Origin: Eledone cirrhosa
Lineage: Eukaryota
NCBI GenBank assembly: GCA_964016885.1
Contig: OZ024753.1
Coordinates: forward strand, 12,028,001-12,092,000
DNA: 64,000 nt
Direction: 5' to 3'
Part shown: positions 58,721-64,000 of the stretch, piece by piece
Position numbering within the stretch: position 1 is the first letter of the stretch
Layout of the letters: every line of letters starts with the position of its first letter
Translations under genes and position numbers: made by a program
Notes under the pieces: generated by a model
What the model was told of the DNA's origin: nothing
The model's database searches: none
The model's input: the letters and a program-made list of their open reading frames with translations, nothing else

Positions 58721-59231
58721 AGGCGAACTAGCCTACAAATTTATAAGGGCCCTAAATAAACATAATCTCAATATTAAGATAGTAGAAAGACCTGGTACCT
58801 CCGTAAAAACACTTATTAGCAAGACATACCCGTTCCAAAGACCCTCATGTATAGATAAGAAATGTATAACCTGTAAAATAAGCCCCAATATTAACTGTAA
58901 AACTAGAAATGTAGTGTATAGTATAAGATGTACTGAAGGACAATGTAGAAACAAAAATATAGTGTACATAGGTGAGACAGCTCGTAGTATAGGGGAACGA
59001 ATAAATGAACACTGGCGAGACCTCCAAGATAATAAAGAATCATCTGTGCTCTACCAACATGCTAAGATAGAACACAGGGGTAGATTAGCGAGCATAGAAA
59101 TAAAAATAGAATCCACACACAGAAAAGACGCAATGTTTAGGCAAATTACAGAGGCAGTAAGCATAAAAGAATTAAAACCAAAATTAAATAGAAAATATGA
59201 GTGGAACAGCAACATCACAACTTACAATTAA
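58721..59231 (+). pseudogene. PLE C-terminal Cys-rich linker and GIY-YIG endonuclease
   Basis: CIDKKCITC..NCKTRNVVYSIRC..C..VYIGETARSIGERINEH..H...H..RQITEAVSI..KPKLNRKYEW. Confidence 0.9.
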
Positions 59232-59527
59232 GGACAAAATGAAAACACACACACACATAGAACAAACAACTTACAATTGAAAACACACACAGGACAAAAT
59301 GAAAACACACACACACATAGAACAAACAACCAACCAACAATAAATAAATAAATAAATAAATAAACAAATAGAAAAATATAAATAGAAAAATAGAAAAATG
59401 AACACACACACACACAGACACCCGGATGTGGCGCATGTGCAAACTGAGCACACAACACACACACACAGAAACAAAATGGCGTAGGATAGAAGAAAGGAAA
59501 GGCACAGAAACGAAGAAAGGAATCCCC

Positions 59528-59572
59528 AGTCACTGAAGAGGTCACAGAGTGTGTGACGAAAGGACTATGACT
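59528..59572 (+). ncRNA. Minimal type I hammerhead ribozyme motif in pLTR
   Basis: AGTCA-CTGAAGA-G-GTCAC(AGAGTGT)GTGAC-GAAA-GGAC-TA-TGACT. Mirror copy at ~58427-58471 (-). Confidence 0.8.
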
Positions 59573-60114
59573 ATATATATAAACAACTATCTGGTTGTGG
59601 AACCAACCAACCAGAAATTTATAGATTTGTAAACGTGTAAATTTATAAATTTATAAATATATAATAAATTGAAGTGAAAGCAACTGGTGCGTGTGTTTCT
59701 TATTGGCAACATGACCCTCCCAAAGTATAACAATATATATATATATATATATATATATGTTTGTGTTGAGTGTTGCTAGGTAAGCCCAATGCGGAAAAGA
59801 TGAGTTTCTCATGCCATGAATATAAATAATTCTGGGAAATCAAGTCTTATGTTCTTCATATTATCTTGCCTTTAATTTTGGGATACGTTTAATTTTTATT
59901 TTCCGAAAAATGAATTTCATTTAGAATATTTAGTGCACAGCAAATAGTTACATACCCGAATATATCTAACGGGGATTCCTTTTTTTTTTGTCAGCGATTA
60001 TTTTGCAATTTCCCTTGCTTTGACGATAGACAATGAAGTACAGACACGCATAAGATTTCCGATGCTAGCAGCTTCGATGATTCAGTCTTATGTATACAAT
60101 TCTTATTAAAGATG

Positions 60115-60460
60115 GGGCGGCGTATTGGCAGAGTCACTGGACCGTTTGAATAAACTGCTTTGCAATATTCGTTTCGTCTCTCCGTATTCTGAGTTCAAAT
60201 CCCGCCGATGTGCTGTCATCTGATTCTTTATATGTATACAGCCTGTCCCATGATATATATACGCATAGGCTGTGCATTCTAATACATATTGTCTGTAGAG
60301 GTAAAGTCTTTAGGCGAAGAATTGTCAGTCTTTAGAAAGTCGGATAGAATGCTTTATGGTATTTCGTCCAGCTCTCAGCTCTCTCAGTTCAAATCCCACC
60401 GAGGTCGACTTTGCCTTTTATCCTGTGGAGGTCGATAAAAAAAAGTACCACTCGAGTACT
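60115..60460 (+). mobile_element. Two old SINE family A-related fragments
   Basis: ctgagttcaaatcccgccga and cagttcaaatcccaccgaggtcgactttgcctttt..gtcgataaaa..agtacca. Confidence 0.7.
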
Positions 60461-60688
60461 GCTCTCGATTCCTCCTCGAGATCTCTTTCTCACTTCCTCT
60501 CGTTTACTATCATTCTTTCTCTAGAAGAAATCTGCTGAAGAGGGACCGGCTCCACCAGCTATAAACTTGCTATAGGACCTCAGTATGTCAATATGGTAGA
60601 GCTACGACTCCTTCATCAGATACAGAACCCTGTATGCTATGCGTGCATATTCAATAATATATATATATATATATTTATATATAATATT

Positions 60689-61100
60689 GAAAAAGTGGAG
60701 AATAACAAGGTCAACAGTACAAAAGAAGGATTTCTTTAAAGTCTAACAATTGTTTCACTGATAAAGATGTCTAAAAATTGCTGAACACTAGAAGCAGTGC
60801 CACTCAATTTTAAATACGATGTTAGCTCGATCAGATCTTCAATTTATCAGTGAAACAATAGTTGGACTGTAAACGAATCCCCTTTTTGGTACTGTTGACC
60901 ATGTTATTCTCCACTTTTGCAATGTTATTACTCCAAGATAAACTTACATAGTAACACAAGAGAAATCATAAAACTTGTCATCTACGTAAACCTCTTGTTG
61001 AGTCAAACAACGCCGTACGGTAAAACTATCCATAATAAGAACTATTCACAACCTCTAACTGGATTACCTTTGACGATATTTTGTTATCCTTTATATACAT
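60689..61100 (+). mobile_element. Fold-back-plus-tail insert in (TA)n
   Basis: Arms 60689-60766 / 60843-60920 including gtgaaacaatagtt. The tail end matches 62147-62198 (-) and 22945-23000. Confidence 0.7.
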
Positions 61101-61141
61101 ATATATATATATATATAATTATATATATATATATATATATA

Positions 61142-61174
<33 letters not shown>

Positions 61175-61179
<5 letters not shown>

Positions 61180-61776
61180 TTTTAATTGTATATTAATTTT
61201 GATTCATTTTGAAAAATTGGTTGAATTTTACTTGTTCTGCTTATCTTGATATTAAGTTCTGGTATATCAAATTATTACCATAGAACCACCTTAAATCATA
61301 GACACGCTATATATTTCCGGGGGTACATTGTACCCTCAGATATATATTAACCTTATTCAATAATCTCCAGTATGTAGAGATAAATCTTTGTCGATCTATT
61401 TAGTTGCTAAAAATCTTTTTTAGTAGCGATTATAGACGGCTAGTCTACGATTTCCCGCCTTCACTATACACCAATGTATTTACGGGTCACTTTCACGACC
61501 TTTTAGACCTGTATTAGTTGGAGTGAGGCCATATATTTTGTCGTTCCTGGGGTTTTTAACCCTAGGACAGGAAAATGCTTCTCTGATGATCGTTGCTTTT
61601 CCATTAATATCCTCGTGATATTTAATGTTTTGCACCGTGAAACTGTACAGTTAGGGCCATTTGAATAGGTAAATATTTATATTATATTTTTTAATTTTGA
61701 TTAATTTTAATTGTATATTAATATTGATTTATTTTGAAAAATTGGTTGAATTTTACTTGTTCTGCTTATCTTGATA
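61175..61776 (+). mobile_element. ~525 bp non-coding unit with ~77 bp terminal direct repeat and one hammerhead, in (TA)n
   Basis: Direct repeats 61175-61251 and 61700-61776. TTCT-CTGATGA(61583)-TCGTTGC..GCACCG-T-GAAAC-TGTACA-GTT-AGGG. Confidence 0.75.
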
Positions 61777-62096
61777 TATATATATATATATATATATAAA
61801 TATTTAATATAGAAATGGGTTGTACAGGATTAGCACTTTCATTCGGGAGAAATCATCAGGGAAACCATTGTTCAAATATGTTGTCCAAGTCATACTTACT
61901 TACTGTATATATATTAATTCAAAATATTAACAAAATAGATATTCTTGTGAACACGTATATTTTATTATACATATTTTAGAGGTACTGAGTTAAGTTCAAC
62001 ACTACGTCCTCATCAGATAAAATAATATGATGCATGACATACCGTGACATAGTAGATGGTTAAGATTCAGTCATGGTAGTGATATTGTTTAACTTT

Positions 62097-62146
<50 letters not shown>

Positions 62147-62394
62147 AAGGATAACAAAATATCGTCAAAGGTAATCCAGTTAGAGGTTGTGAATAGTGGT
62201 AGAACACTGGAAGGTAATATCCGTAGTGGTAGAGCACTCAGTCCATGGGACGAGTTAGATAGAAGTGGTTACATAATGTTACTTCACCAAACCGAGAGCA
62301 ATTGTTTCACCTTAGCGGATTATGAGCTGAGGATCCGCTAAAGTGAAACAATTGTTCTCGGTATGGTGAACTAACTGTTGTGTAACCAGTTCTA
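62147..62394. mobile_element. Fold-back-plus-tail insert with hammerhead-like motif
   Basis: Arms 62259-62319 / 62334-62394. GAG-CTGAGGA(62327)..GAAAC-AATT-GTT-CTC. Confidence 0.65.
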
Positions 62395-62957
62395 TATATA
62401 CATATATATATTATATACATATATATATATTATATACATATAAATGCGACAAACACCCAGTACTAACGTTCACACAGAAAAATGTATTCATCACCTCGTG
62501 TGCCGTAAGTCAAAAGTGGTGTGAGTGTATTGGTTAGAAACAACAGTCCAACACACGCAACTTGAGGGAGCCGAAATATAAATGAAAGTTAGAGTTAATA
62601 ACTTTATTTTATCATTCTGTCTGCTTCATGGTTAAATATTTCAAACAATTGTGGTTTTTCAACCCTCGTAATATTGGACACACGATTTACTGTTTCTTAC
62701 TACATATATATTATTATAATGCTCAGTATTTATACTTAGAGCTTATTGATTACAGGGTTTCAGTATGAGTTATTAACTCTAACTTTCATTTATATTTCGG
62801 CTCCCTCAAGAGGTGAGCTTACTAAGTTGCGTGTGTTGGACTGTTGTTTCTAACCAATACACTCGCACCACTTTTGACTTACGGCACACGAGGTGATGAA
62901 TTCATTTTTCTGTGTGAACGTTAGTACTAGGTGTTTGTCGCATTTAATCAGATTCAG

Positions 62958-63031
62958 TCGCTGATGATGCCTGTGGATTATCTGTTGCAAACACACTCTG
63001 GGCGAAACAGATTTATCCCTAATCTGTCCGA
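62958..63031 (+). ncRNA. Type I hammerhead ribozyme motif with full stem III and GUC site
   Basis: TCG-CTGATGA-T-GCCTG..TGGGC-GAA-ACAGATT(TATCCCT)AATCTGT-C|CGA. Predicted cleavage after 63028. Confidence 0.8.
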
Positions 63032-63194
63032 GAGATATCATAGTTATTGAGGCGGTTTGTATAATATAATTTTATTTTATTTTATCATTGTCTGCTTCAT
63101 GGTTAAATATTTCAAACAATTGTGGTTTTTCAACCCTCGTAATATTGGACACACGATTTACTGTGTTTCTTACTACATATATATTATATTATTA

Positions 63195-63382
63195 TAATTG
63201 TTTCTACTTTAGGCACAAGGCCAGCAAATACCCAGTGCATTACTGGTACTTTATTTTATCGACCCCGTAAGGATGAAAGGCAAAGTCAACCTCGGCGGGA
63301 TTTGAACTCAGATCGTAAAGGGACATAACTATGCTGGAAAGCATGGCGTCCGACCCTCCACCGATACTGCCAATCCACCGCC
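63195..63382 (-). mobile_element. Full-length SINE family A inserted into the direct repeat
   Basis: Empty site visible at ~62715-62725 (ttataatgctcag). Confidence 0.9.
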
Positions 63383-63451
63383 TTGCTCAGTATTTATACT
63401 TAGAGCTTATTGATTACGGGGTTTCACTATGAGTTATTAACTCTAACTTTC

Positions 63452-63488
<37 letters not shown>

Positions 63489-63490
<2 letters not shown>

Positions 63491-63672
63491 AACGAGTAGG
63501 ACCCCGACGGCTGACCTCAAGCCGTTTCGACGGCTAGTCCGCAATTACTCGTCGAAACGGATTGAGCTCAGCCGTCGGGGTCCTACTAGTTCCTATTACC
63601 CACTCTACTACCCTAAGTATTGAGTACTTTGGTGCGTTATGGTCCACCTGGTTCCTTACCACATTTCCTTCG

Positions 63673-63674
<2 letters not shown>
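63489..63674 (+). mobile_element. gccgtcgaaacggc hairpin-plus-tail element in (TA)n
   Basis: About 45 bp arms plus a tail nearly identical to 33664-33743. Confidence 0.85.
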
Positions 63675-63712
<38 letters not shown>

Positions 63713-64000
63713 CCAACCATAGACATTAAGTTAAAATATATACCCGATAGATATATTTCAGCTCAATATTTTCAATCTACCTCTAATTGAACTAAAACTT
63801 TTATATAATTCTCTACATGTTTTCTTAATTAAATAATACAGGTTGCAACAAATCGATTAAACGAATTCACGAGCCGTTAAAATCCTGTTTTCATCAACTG
63901 AATTATGTATTCATCCAAGTAAGAGAGTAGTAATTAATGATAATGACTCCATTATATCTGGTTAATTGATTAATTGGTCAAAACAAAATAGGAAATTTTA

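Larger units (their letters stand above)
58255..59736 (+). mobile_element. 5'-truncated Penelope-like retroelement with inverted pseudo-LTRs
   Basis: 58255-58720 is the near-identical reverse complement of 59221-59736. The body encodes GIY-YIG, there is a hammerhead in each pLTR, and it is flanked by (TA)n. Confidence 0.9.
62442..63456 (+). mobile_element. Non-coding PLE-like element: inverted 5' arm, ~470 bp unit, ~190 bp terminal direct repeat, hammerhead
   Basis: 62442-62602 is the reverse complement of 62769-62945. 62603-62792 is repeated at 63077-63456 with a SINE inserted. Confidence 0.8.

Noticed and set aside
60530-62020. Additional CTGANGA hits at ~60535, ~60620 (-), ~61855 (-) and ~62012 (-); also TAGAAGA..GAAAGC at 25714-25757
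   Set aside because: Could not close all three hammerhead stems by eye, so they were not called as ribozymes.

Overview
AT-rich eukaryotic, repeat-dominated non-coding DNA. The tRNA-derived SINEs and kilobase-scale (TA)n/(CA)n tracts resemble octopus genomes; this is an inference and was not searched. No host protein-coding gene is confidently identifiable. Almost all listed ORFs are microsatellite or minisatellite artefacts, and there are only two small candidate exon loci (~26.9 kb +, ~45.1-45.3 kb -). Recognisable transposon relics: RTE-type LINE fragments, including a 3' end with C2H2 zinc fingers and a non-autonomous bipartite derivative; an R4/Dong-like RLE LINE 3' fragment; an internally deleted mariner; two Tigger/pogo-like MITEs; three copies of a non-autonomous Helitron; about 20 SINE copies; and a 5'-truncated Penelope-like element (PLE) with a GIY-YIG domain between inverted pseudo-LTRs. 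The main unexplained structure is a set of short (70-1000 bp) fold-back or terminally redundant inserts, mostly inside (TA)n tracts. They belong to roughly ten sequence families, and many carry type I hammerhead ribozyme motifs (CUGANGA / stem II / GAAA / short or palindromic stem III / NUH). I interpret them as a diverse population of miniature, microsatellite-targeting Penelope-like or retrozyme-like retroelements. All pairings and alignments were done by eye.
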